From Candidatus Eiseniibacteriota bacterium (GTDB lineage: Bacteria > Eisenbacteria > RBG-16-71-46 > CAVPCR01), in the NCBI GenBank assembly GCA_963702435.1, contig CAVPCR010000003.1, positions 438,599 through 502,598 of the forward strand: 64,000 nucleotides of DNA. The letters are read 5' to 3'. Positions 1-8,264 of the stretch are shown here, one piece after another. The position numbers and the translations under genes were made by a program. Numbering within the stretch: position 1 is the first letter of the stretch; every line of letters begins with the position of its first letter. The notes under the pieces are model-generated. The model made no database searches, was not told the DNA's origin, and worked only from the letters and a program-made list of their open reading frames with translations.

Positions 1-87
1 TTGCGCGCGCCGGGGCGCCCCGGGGATACTCGACCGCGTCCCGTCCCGGCCTCGCGTCACCCACCTGCCATCGGAGCGAGCGACGTC

Positions 88-1509
88 ATGATCTTCCGGA
101 GCTACTACCTCGGCTGCCTGGCCCACGCCTCCTACCTCGTCGGCGACCGGACGACCGGCACCGCCGCGGTCATCGATCCGCAGCGCGATGTCGAGCAGTA
201 CCTCGCCGACGCGGCGGCCGAGGGCCTCACCATCCGGCATGTCCTCGAGACCCACTTCCACGCCGACTTCCTCTCGGGCCACCTCGAGCTCCGGGCGCGC
301 ACCGGCGCCACCGTCTACTTCGGCGCCGCGGCCCGGGCCGAGTTCGAGTTCATGCCGCTCGCGGAAGGCGACACGATCGAGATGGGCCGGGTGCGACTCG
401 CCGCGCTCGAGACCCCGGGACACACACCGGAGTCGATCTCGATCCTCGTCTTCGATCTCGATGGCGACTCGACCGCCCCCCACGGGGTCTTCACCGGCGA
501 CACCCTGTTCATCGGCGACGTCGGGCGGCCCGACCTGATGGCGGCGAAGGGGCTAACGCCGGAGGAGCTCGCCTCGGCGCTCTACGATTCGCTGCACGGG
601 AAGCTCCTCCGGCTGCCGGATGCAACGCGCGTCCATCCCGCCCACGGCGCCGGTTCCCTGTGCGGGCGCGCGCTCAAGGACGAGCGCGTCTCCACGATCG
701 GGCGTGAGCGCGAGTGGAACTATGCATGCGCTCCGATGCCGCGCGCCGACTTCGTCCGTCTGATGACCGCCGATCTGCCGGACGTCCCGGCCTACTTCCC
801 GTTCGACGCCCAGCGCAACCGGGAGGAGCGTCCGCTCCTCGACCAGGTGCTCGCCCGGCTCCGCCCGCTCGATCTGGAGCAGGCCCTCGCCCTCGCCGCA
901 AGCGGCGCCACGCTCCTCGACGTACGCGAACCGATCGAGTTCGCGGCCGCCCACCTCGCGGGCTCGCTCAACATCGGCCTCTCCGGGAAGTACGCGACGT
1001 GGGCCGGATCGCTGCTCGACCGCGCGCGACCGATCGTCCTCATCGCCGCTCCGGGAGGCGAGGGCGAGGCGGCGATGCGTCTCGGCCGCATCGGCTTCGA
1101 TGAGATCGCCGGTTACCTCGGGGGGGGGCTCGACGCGGCACGGGATCACGACGCGCTCATCCGGCGCGCCGATCGCCTGACCGCCCAGGAGCTCGCGGCG
1201 CGGGTCCCGCATCCCCTCGTCCTCGACGTCAGGGAGCGCGGAGAACGCGAGACGAAGCAGATGTCCGGAACGACGTGGGTCCCCCTCGGCCAGATCACCC
1301 GGCACCTCGAGTCCCTGCCCCGCGACCGCGAGATCGTCGTCCAGTGCGCGAGCGGCTACCGCTCGAGCATCGCGGCCAGCGTCCTTCGCCGGGCCGGATT
1401 CGAGCACGTCGCCGATCTGCTGGGTGGGATCGAGGCCTGGGCCGCCGCCGGGCTGCCGATCACGAGCCCGGGGACTCTGTCGGCGGGGGCGCCGAGCGCC
1501 CAGGCTTAA
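88..1509 (+). CDS. MBL-fold hydrolase (persulfide dioxygenase-like) fused to two rhodanese domains
   Basis: THFHADFLSG, TPGHTPES, FTGDTLFIGDVGRPDL and PAHGAGSLCG motifs; C-terminal rhodanese CASGYRS; ATG at 88 with a GGAG upstream. Confidence 0.9.
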   Translation: MIFRSYYLGCLAHASYLVGDRTTGTAAVIDPQRDVEQYLADAAAEGLTIRHVLETHFHADFLSGHLELRARTGATVYFGAAARAEFEFMPLAEGDTIEMGRVRLAALETPGHTPESISILVFDLDGDSTAPHGVFTGDTLFIGDVGRPDLMAAKGLTPEELASALYDSLHGKLLRLPDATRVHPAHGAGSLCGRALKDERVSTIGREREWNYACAPMPRADFVRLMTADLPDVPAYFPFDAQRNREERPLLDQVLARLRPLDLEQALALAASGATLLDVREPIEFAAAHLAGSLNIGLSGKYATWAGSLLDRARPIVLIAAPGGEGEAAMRLGRIGFDEIAGYLGGGLDAARDHDALIRRADRLTAQELAARVPHPLVLDVRERGERETKQMSGTTWVPLGQITRHLESLPRDREIVVQCASGYRSSIAASVLRRAGFEHVADLLGGIEAWAAAGLPITSPGTLSAGAPSAQA

Positions 1510-1533
1510 GTCGCCGCCGAGCGCTGCGCAGAA

Positions 1534-1556
1534 GCCCGCCGCCGGCGGGCGGTTTC
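1534..1556. terminator. GC hairpin between convergent genes
   Basis: GCCCGCCG-C-CGGCGGGC followed by GGTTTC, between stops at 1509 and 1583. Confidence 0.4.
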
Positions 1557-1582
1557 ATGCGCGGGTTAGACCCTCCGTATCA

Positions 1583-2323
1583 TCAGTGCGGGTCAGATCC
1601 ATTGACGATCACAGGTAGGCGCCCCGCCCACCTCGCCCAGATCTCAGCATCAGTCACCAGGTCGCACATGAAGCTAGCAACGTTCGCCATGTTGGTCCTG
1701 GCTGGCTTGAAGAGGCTGCTGACGAGGTTCTCATGAAGGGAGTAGGCTGAAGCGCCACCCTCCACGAGGGTGTCCGGGCGAACCACGACCCACTGCATCA
1801 GGGGATCGCTCGCAGCGATCTCGCCATGGAGGAAGTCCGCGGCGCGCTGGTTGTCCCTCGCAGGCGGAACCAAGCCGCGGAGAACCCGCAGAACCACCTT
1901 CTCCAGCGTCCCGCGCCGCGCCTCGGGGACGCCTGGATGATTGACTGAGACGCTGCTCATGAGGATGTACTTCACTGGCACATGCGGTTGCGAATCTCGA
2001 ATCGCCTGACAGAGTCGCGCCGTGGCCCGTGTCACGAGATCATACGGTGGACCAAACACTCCTCTGACGCTGATGACGTGACCGAGGCACGAGATGACAG
2101 CATCGCAGCCGCTAACGCGCGCAACAAGGTCTTCGCCGCCAAGTGCCATGAGATCGGCCTCAACGACGATCAGTCGCGGATGATCCGCAATGGCCCCCGG
2201 GAGTCTACTGGCTGACCGCACAATGGCCTGCACGCTGACTCCACGTTCCAGGAGCCCCTCAACGACGCGCCGCCCGGTGCGCCCTGTGCCCCCGACGAGA
2301 AGAACCGTTTGTGCCGCCCGCAC
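1583..2323 (-). CDS. NAD(P)-binding oxidoreductase (atypical SDR / flavin reductase-like)
   Basis: N-terminal VGGTGRTG Rossmann motif, DAVISCLG and WVVVRPD. Confidence 0.85.
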   Translation of the reverse strand: MRAAQTVLLVGGTGRTGRRVVEGLLERGVSVQAIVRSASRLPGAIADHPRLIVVEADLMALGGEDLVARVSGCDAVISCLGHVISVRGVFGPPYDLVTRATARLCQAIRDSQPHVPVKYILMSSVSVNHPGVPEARRGTLEKVVLRVLRGLVPPARDNQRAADFLHGEIAASDPLMQWVVVRPDTLVEGGASAYSLHENLVSSLFKPARTNMANVASFMCDLVTDAEIWARWAGRLPVIVNGSDPH

Positions 2324-2350
2324 TTGCGCCCCTGCCTCTCCCTGATGGGT

Positions 2351-3922
2351 CTAGCACCCGGTTCTGTCGCCGCCGCCGAGCGCCGACTCGACCGCGCGGG
2401 CGAAGGCGAGCGCCGGTGCGGCCGCGCGCCCCGGGATGCGCGCCCCGAGTCCGAGCGCGACGGCGAACGGCACGGCGGCCGCGCCGGCGGGCGCGTCCAC
2501 CGCGTCCAGAGTGCTGCTGTAGCGCTCGATCGCCGCGCGCCGCCGGCCCCCGGTCACGGTCGTGCGTGGGAGGAGGGCCCCGATCGCGACCACCGAGAGC
2601 GCGAGGAGCGCGCTCGCCCCACCCACCGCAACCCAATCGCCCGCGGTCGCCATCCCGAGGAGTCCGTGCGCCGCGCGGCGCCCGGCGACGCCGGCGATCA
2701 AGCCGAGGACGAGCGCGATCAGGGCACCGAGCAGGAGCGGCGAGCGGCGCGAGGCGATGCGCGGATCGAGGTCGCCGTGCCCGACGAGCGACGCTTCGAC
2801 CTCCCGCACCAGCACGGGCCACGCGGGAAGGGCGCGGCCGGCGAAGGCCGCGAGGGTCGCCGTCCGCGCCCCGTCCGGAAAGAGGAGGGCGTGGAGTCGA
2901 TGGTCGAAGGACGGGAGCTCCGCCGATGGCGATGCTGCCGCCTCGAAAGCGACCTCGGCGCCGGGCCCACCTTCCGGAGCGCGAGTGATCGAGAGCACGC
3001 CGCGTCGCTCCAGATCGAGGAGCGCCGCCGCGACGTGGGCGGGCTCGAGGCGGCCCCGCGAGAGGAACCCGGCCGCGGCCGGGGTGAGCGCCGGAGTGGC
3101 GAGAGGCGTGGTGCCGGGGCACCCGGCGGCGCGGCGCCGGCGCGCGCGGAGCGCGAGGAGGAGCGCTGCCACCACCGGAACGAGCAGGAGCGCCGGGTTC
3201 CGCAACGCCCAGGCCGTGGCCCGGTCGATCCGGCCGGGATGGCGAACGAGCCCGTGCGGCCAGACCACCGAGACGGACAGACCCTCGAAGGTCAGGAGCC
3301 CGCGATTCAGCAGGAACTGCGCGTGGTCGGTATCGATCACCTTGACGTCGGCCTCCCGGAGCACCCGCCCGAAGCGCGTCACGCGCGATGCCCCCTCGAT
3401 CTGGTCGGCGCCCGCGCCCGGCGGCCACGCAATGCGGGCCGCGCCCGCGATCACGAGCACGTCCCAGGCGTTCCCGGTGACGTCCCAGTGCAGCTCGTCG
3501 CGGTAGGGGCCCCTCCACACCGCGCCCGAGGCCTCGTAGGTGAGGCGGTAGACCTGCTCGCCGGTCGTGAACTGCTCCGTGCTCCCCATCCACACATCGA
3601 GCGAGCGGCTCGGGCGCTCGACACGCACGGGCCAGGGCCGCCCGGCGGCATCGGTGACCGCGATCAGGTCGAGATCGAGCGAGCGGCGCGCTCCGCTCGG
3701 GTCGGTGACGAAGCGCGGCAGGGAGCGGCAGATCGCATGCCGGCGCTCCGGTCCGAAATCGACCTCGAGCGTCTCGACCACGCGTACGCGCGCGTCGGGT
3801 CTCACCTGGAGATCCACGTCGAAGCGCCTGATCTCCCAGGCGGCGGCCCGCTCGATCGACACGCCGAGAACCGTCCAGGGAATCACCAGAGCAACGAGGA
3901 GAAGCCGGCAGATGCGTCGCAT
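2351..3922 (-). CDS. DUF2207 family membrane protein
   Basis: Signal peptide, then WEIRRFDVDLQV..VVETLEVDF, DELHWDVTGNAW, AALLDLERRG and C-terminal TM helices. Confidence 0.8.
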   Translation of the reverse strand: MRRICRLLLVALVIPWTVLGVSIERAAAWEIRRFDVDLQVRPDARVRVVETLEVDFGPERRHAICRSLPRFVTDPSGARRSLDLDLIAVTDAAGRPWPVRVERPSRSLDVWMGSTEQFTTGEQVYRLTYEASGAVWRGPYRDELHWDVTGNAWDVLVIAGAARIAWPPGAGADQIEGASRVTRFGRVLREADVKVIDTDHAQFLLNRGLLTFEGLSVSVVWPHGLVRHPGRIDRATAWALRNPALLLVPVVAALLLALRARRRRAAGCPGTTPLATPALTPAAAGFLSRGRLEPAHVAAALLDLERRGVLSITRAPEGGPGAEVAFEAAASPSAELPSFDHRLHALLFPDGARTATLAAFAGRALPAWPVLVREVEASLVGHGDLDPRIASRRSPLLLGALIALVLGLIAGVAGRRAAHGLLGMATAGDWVAVGGASALLALSVVAIGALLPRTTVTGGRRRAAIERYSSTLDAVDAPAGAAAVPFAVALGLGARIPGRAAAPALAFARAVESALGGGDRTGC

Positions 3923-3930
3923 GGTGCGGC

Positions 3931-3936
3931 AGTATA
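3931..3936 (-). promoter_or_regulatory. -10 element of a probably leaderless transcript
   Basis: TATACT 8 nt upstream of the DUF2207 ATG; no Shine-Dalgarno sequence. Confidence 0.5.
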
Positions 3937-3975
3937 GAACGACCCGCGGCCCCGCGCGCGACGCCGGGGGCCCGG

Positions 3976-4410
3976 CTACTTGAGCCGGCGCAGGGCGGCC
4001 ATCTCCCGCTGCTCGTGATCCTTCAAGTCGGCAGCGAATGCCGCGAGGCGCGTCGCGAGCTCCTCCCGCACGGCCTCCTCGGCGCCGAGGACCCGCGCCA
4101 GGAGGTCGGCCATCACCTCGCGGAAGCCGTCATGCTCGTTCCGGAGCGTGTCGAAGTCGGCGGCGAGCGCGGGATAGTCCCCGGCCAGGAGCCGGAAGTG
4201 GCGTTCCTCGCGCTGAAAATGCCGCTCGAGTCGGGGGCTCAGATGATGGAGCTCCCCGCGGAGTCGAGCGGCCCATGCGCGCGCCTCGCCGGCGGGGCTG
4301 GCGCCCTTCCCGGCCGGATCGAGGAGGCTCACGAGAGCCGCCAGATCCTGCGCGAGATCGCGATGTTCCTGGTCGATGGCGCGGAGGACGTGCGCTGCGA
4401 GCGTCGTCAT
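3976..4410 (-). CDS. hemerythrin (HHE) domain protein
   Basis: EH...HFQREE...EH...HEQRE spacing typical of hemerythrin-like four-helix bundles; AGGAG RBS. Confidence 0.75.
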   Translation of the reverse strand: MTTLAAHVLRAIDQEHRDLAQDLAALVSLLDPAGKGASPAGEARAWAARLRGELHHLSPRLERHFQREERHFRLLAGDYPALAADFDTLRNEHDGFREVMADLLARVLGAEEAVREELATRLAAFAADLKDHEQREMAALRRLK

Positions 4411-4478
4411 GACGTGATCGGACTCCTGGCGATCGGTACCTGCCGGCCGGCGCGCGCGGGAACTGAAGCGGGGGCCGT

Positions 4479-4494
4479 TGCAACGTCCATGCCC
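4479..4494 (-). promoter_or_regulatory. sigma-54 (-24/-12) promoter of the hemerythrin gene
   Basis: Minus strand GGGCATGGACGTTGCA: GG-N10-GC spacing, close to TGGCAC-N5-TTGC; A/T-rich tract upstream. Confidence 0.6.
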
Positions 4495-4814
4495 TGCCCA
4501 TTCAGGAATCAGATCATCAAGGGAAATGCGTACTTAGCCTCTAGGAAGCGCGCCGCCCCGCGGCCCCGGAGACCCGTTCGCGCTGCTGCTTCCGAGACAC
4601 CGGGTCCGGCATCGCAGCACACCCTGACATTGTGTCGGCTCGCAGACCAGCCATCGCGAGGGGGATGGCGGTACCGACCCGGCGCCGAGGAGCTTGGGAG
4701 GTGGAGACTGGGAGGGAGGCGTCTCTTGGTCTAAGATGACTCCCCGCGCCCGCGCCGGGACGTGACGCGCCCCCGGACGGCACGGTCGGCACGCCCCGCG
4801 AGGAGGAGAAGTTC

Positions 4815-5552
4815 ATGCGACATGCCCCCAGGACCAGCCCGGATGCCGGAGCGACCCGCAGGCTCCACTTCGCCCGGTGGTGCCTCGCCATGGCCTGCGT
4901 CACGACCTTCGCGCCCGGAGCTGAGGCCACGGGTGACGCGGCCGCTCCACCCGGCCCCGGCGGTGCGGCCAGCCCGACCGGGGCCGCTCCAGCGAGCCGC
5001 GATTCGCTCGCCGCTCCAGCGAACCGCGATTCGCTCGCCGCCCCGGCCCGCATCGCCGCTCGCGTCGTCGCCGACACGCTCCATCTCACGGTCGAGGTGC
5101 CGGCCCGTGCGATGGCGGCGGCCGGGGCGCTCCTCGATCGCAACGCCGACGGCACGATCGATCCGACCGAGCTCGCGGCGAGCCGCGATACGCTGGCGAG
5201 CTACCTCGGGCATCACCTCTTCATCCTCCAGGACGACGGCATGCTGGAGCCGAAACTCGTCGGCCCCCTGGCGAGCGTACCCGGTACGAACGGCGGGGCG
5301 CCGAGCGTGCGCGGCGCCATGCGCGCTCCGCTCCTCAACACGTACGAGCGCATCGGCTTCGCCTCCGGCATCCTCACCGACCGCATCCACGGCTACCGCT
5401 CCCTCGTCGCCATCGAGTGGAGCGGCGCGCGCGCGGAGTTCGATGTGGCGCAGAGCGTCCAGTGGGTGGAGCCGCCGGCCGCCGGGGCGACCGAGCTCGA
5501 GCTCCCCGGCCGCATGCCGGCCCCGGGCCATGGAGAGGATGGCCGCCACTGA
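4815..5552 (+). CDS. exported hypothetical protein with an EF-hand-like loop
   Basis: GAGGAGGAG RBS, signal-like N-terminus, DRNADGTIDPTEL motif. Confidence 0.55.
   Translation: MRHAPRTSPDAGATRRLHFARWCLAMACVTTFAPGAEATGDAAAPPGPGGAASPTGAAPASRDSLAAPANRDSLAAPARIAARVVADTLHLTVEVPARAMAAAGALLDRNADGTIDPTELAASRDTLASYLGHHLFILQDDGMLEPKLVGPLASVPGTNGGAPSVRGAMRAPLLNTYERIGFASGILTDRIHGYRSLVAIEWSGARAEFDVAQSVQWVEPPAAGATELELPGRMPAPGHGEDGRH
4983..5047 (+). repeat. 27-bp tandem repeat, about 2.4 copies, in frame (AAPASRDSL)
   Basis: gccgctccagcga(g/a)ccgcgattcgctc occurs twice, plus a partial copy. Confidence 0.8.
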
Positions 5553-5728
5553 GCGGGAGGTCGCCTGCCCGATGGGACTCGATCGCCTGCGCCACTGAGC
5601 GGGCGGCCGCTCGACGGAGTGACGCCCGCGCCGAAGGAGTCCGGACCCGGCCCGGCGGCTGAATCCATCGGCCGCGCGCTTGGCTCACACCTGGTGAGAG
5701 ACTGGAGATCGAACCCGGGGGAGGAACG

Positions 5729-5818
5729 ATGGACACCGCACTCGCGCTGATTGCCTTCGCCGTGGTCTGGATCGTGCTGCAAGTCTGGGTGCTGCCGCGA
5801 CTCGGCGTACCGACCTGA
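5729..5818 (+). CDS. small single-TM peptide MDTALALIAFAVVWIVLQVWVLPRLGVPT; UGA readthrough could extend it to 5890
   Basis: Strong GGAGGA RBS, ATG at 5729, hydrophobic helix; too short for the ORF track; hairpin directly after the UGA. Confidence 0.65.
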   Translation: MDTALALIAFAVVWIVLQVWVLPRLGVPT

Positions 5819-5906
5819 GGCGTTCCGACCCCGCGCCGGTCGGCGCGCCGCGAAGCAGACGAGAGGGACGGCGACTCGCCGCCGAAGTGAATACCGGGAG
5901 CCCGCA

Positions 5907-6296
5907 ATGAAGTTCGGAATGCGCAAGGAGCTCGCCCTGAGCTTCGACGATGCCCTGGCCATGATTCCGGAGGCCTTGAAGACCGAGGGATTCGGGGTAC
6001 TCACCGAGATCGATGTCCAGGACACCCTCCGGAAGAAGCTCGGCGTCGAGTTTCGCCGCTACCGCATACTCGGAGCGTGCAACCCGCCGCTGGCGCACCA
6101 GGCGCTGTCCACCCAGCTCGAGATCGGGCTCCTGCTGCCCTGCAACGTGATCGTCTACGAGGAACCGGGAGGTCGCTCGGTGGTCGCCGCCGTCGATCCG
6201 CTGGCGACCATCGCGGCCACCGGCGGCGAGGACCTGCGCGAGTTGGCGGCCTCGGTCCGAGCCAAGCTCGAACGCGTGCTCGCCCGGATCGGGTAG
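5907..6296 (+). CDS. DUF302 domain protein
   Basis: EGFGVLTEIDVQ, YRILGACNP and IGLLLPCNVIVYE motifs. Confidence 0.9.
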   Translation: MKFGMRKELALSFDDALAMIPEALKTEGFGVLTEIDVQDTLRKKLGVEFRRYRILGACNPPLAHQALSTQLEIGLLLPCNVIVYEEPGGRSVVAAVDPLATIAATGGEDLRELAASVRAKLERVLARIG

Positions 6297-6302
6297 CCCC
6301 CG

Positions 6303-7205
6303 CTACCCGGGGCGTCGATCCACGACCCACACGCCGAGGAGGATCAGCGCGCCGCCGGCCAGGGACACGGGAGAGATCGCCTCGCCGAGCACGAACCAGG
6401 CGACGACGATCGTGACGAGCGGCTCGAGGTAGAGGAGCGCTCCGACCTGGGAGGCCGGCATCACGCGGAGAGCGTCGTACCAGAACGCGTAGGCCACGCC
6501 CGAGCAGAAGACCCCGAGGAAGAGCAGACCGATCCAGCCGCGGGGGGTGAGCCCGGCGACCTCGCCGAGCGCCGACCATCCGCCGAGGAGCGGGGTCGAC
6601 AAGAGCCAGCCCAGACCCATCACGTAGAACATCATCCGCGCAGCCGGATGCCGCTTGAGCCCGCGCCGCGAGAGCACCGAGAACAGGGCCCAGTTCGGCG
6701 CCGAGAGGAGGATCAGGCGATCCCCGGGCGTACCGAACCCGCCGCTCCACAGCGCATCGAAGCGCCCCTTCCCAACCACGAGGAGCACGCCCAGCGCGGC
6801 GAGCCCGATGCCGGCGGCGCGCACCCCCCCGATCCGCTCGCCCAGGATCAGGAAGCCCAGGATCGCGATGAAGACCGGCGATGTGGACACGATCCAGGCG
6901 GTGGTCGAGGCCTCTGCCGTCCGCAGTCCGTTCGACTGGAGCCACTGGTGGAGGGTCACGCCCAGGAATCCGAGGAGCGCGAAGTAGGCCATCTCGCGCA
7001 ATTCGACGCGGGCCAGTTCGCCGCGGGCGGCGACGATCGCGCCGAGGATGACGAACCCGATCGCGAAGCGGACCCACACGAGAACGACCGGCGAGAGGTC
7101 GGCGAGCACGACCTTGGTGGCGATGAACGACGCCCCCCACACGACCACGGCGAAGATCGCCTTCAGAATCGGGATGAAGCGGGGGTGCTCGGCGACAATC
7201 GCCAA
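6303..7205 (-). CDS. DMT/EamA family transporter
   Basis: About 10 TM helices, VWGASFIATK, LEPLVTIVVAWFVLGE; start codon uncertain. Confidence 0.9.
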   Translation of the reverse strand: MAIVAEHPRFIPILKAIFAVVVWGASFIATKVVLADLSPVVLVWVRFAIGFVILGAIVAARGELARVELREMAYFALLGFLGVTLHQWLQSNGLRTAEASTTAWIVSTSPVFIAILGFLILGERIGGVRAAGIGLAALGVLLVVGKGRFDALWSGGFGTPGDRLILLSAPNWALFSVLSRRGLKRHPAARMMFYVMGLGWLLSTPLLGGWSALGEVAGLTPRGWIGLLFLGVFCSGVAYAFWYDALRVMPASQVGALLYLEPLVTIVVAWFVLGEAISPVSLAGGALILLGVWVVDRRPG

Positions 7206-7322
7206 AGAACTTACGCGCCTGGACGTCGTGATCGATACCCCTGCGCCCAGGGCTGCGGAGCCCGGAACGGGACGATCCGGACGGCGGTGGAATCGAGGCC
7301 GAGACTCGAAGCAAGGGAACGG

Positions 7323-7399
<77 letters not shown>

Positions 7400-7419
7400 G
7401 CCCAACTCGTGGATCGAAA

Positions 7420-7448
7420 AGACTAGCCGACGGCCCCGCCGGTGTCAA
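7420..7448 (-). promoter_or_regulatory. sigma-70 promoter of tRNA-Asp
   Basis: TTGACA-N17-TAGTCT. Confidence 0.7.
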
Positions 7449-7571
7449 TTCGATTCGGCGCGGGCCCCGCGGGTGCCGCGCTCTGCGGGCCAAGGCGCCG
7501 GAAAACGGCCGGCGCGCCCCGCGGCCCCGCGCCGGCGCTCGTCCCCGTCCCCTCTCCCGGCCGCCCCGTTC

Positions 7572-8264
7572 TCACCGGCGTTCGTCCGCAAGCCGCTCGA
7601 CGTGGGCGCGGGCGATCTCTCCGATGAACGGAAGGAGATAGCGCTCGTGCCGGAAGGCCTTGCGCATGGCAAGCAGCCATACGAGGAAGAAGCCGATCGC
7701 CGCCATCGAGAAGAGCACCTTGCCGACGAGCGGCACGGCGAGCGCCGAACCGCCCATGATGGCGAGCGCAGCGGTGAGGAGAATCGACTGGAGGGCGTGG
7801 AATCGCACGAAGCGCTCCCTGCGATCGCTCAAGAGGTAGAAGAGGATGCCGGTCATGGCCCATCCGGCGTAGGCGAGGGTGCCTGCCTGATGCGGCGCGA
7901 GCCGGGACGGGGACCCGGGCGTCTCGCCACGGCGTGCCGCGCGTCGCGGGGCTCCCGGTGCCGGCAGTTCCGCCGCATCCGCCGCCAGCTCGCGCACGCG
8001 ATCGTGGGCGGCGCGCGCAATCGATGTCAGCTCCTCGAACGCGTCGGCGGCGCCGGCCCGCACCTGAGAGGAGAGAGCGCGCGCTGCGATCCCGGCCTTC
8101 TCCGCGGCGACGAGGAAGGCCCGCCGTGCTTCCTCGATCGCACGCGCCGCCTCCGCATCGAGCGGAGAGGACACGCCAGACGGCGCCGGGTGCGGCGTCT
8201 CCGATCCGGCCCCCGGGGGCGGAGGCTCCTGGCGGCCGTTGCCGGTAGGCTCATCGTCGTTCAT
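7572..8264 (-). CDS. DUF4870-like membrane protein
   Basis: C-terminal LAYAGWAMTGILFYLL..RFVRFHALQSI..YLLPFIGE; its ATG overlaps the intron 3' end. Confidence 0.7.
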   Translation of the reverse strand: MNDDEPTGNGRQEPPPPGAGSETPHPAPSGVSSPLDAEAARAIEEARRAFLVAAEKAGIAARALSSQVRAGAADAFEELTSIARAAHDRVRELAADAAELPAPGAPRRAARRGETPGSPSRLAPHQAGTLAYAGWAMTGILFYLLSDRRERFVRFHALQSILLTAALAIMGGSALAVPLVGKVLFSMAAIGFFLVWLLAMRKAFRHERYLLPFIGEIARAHVERLADERR

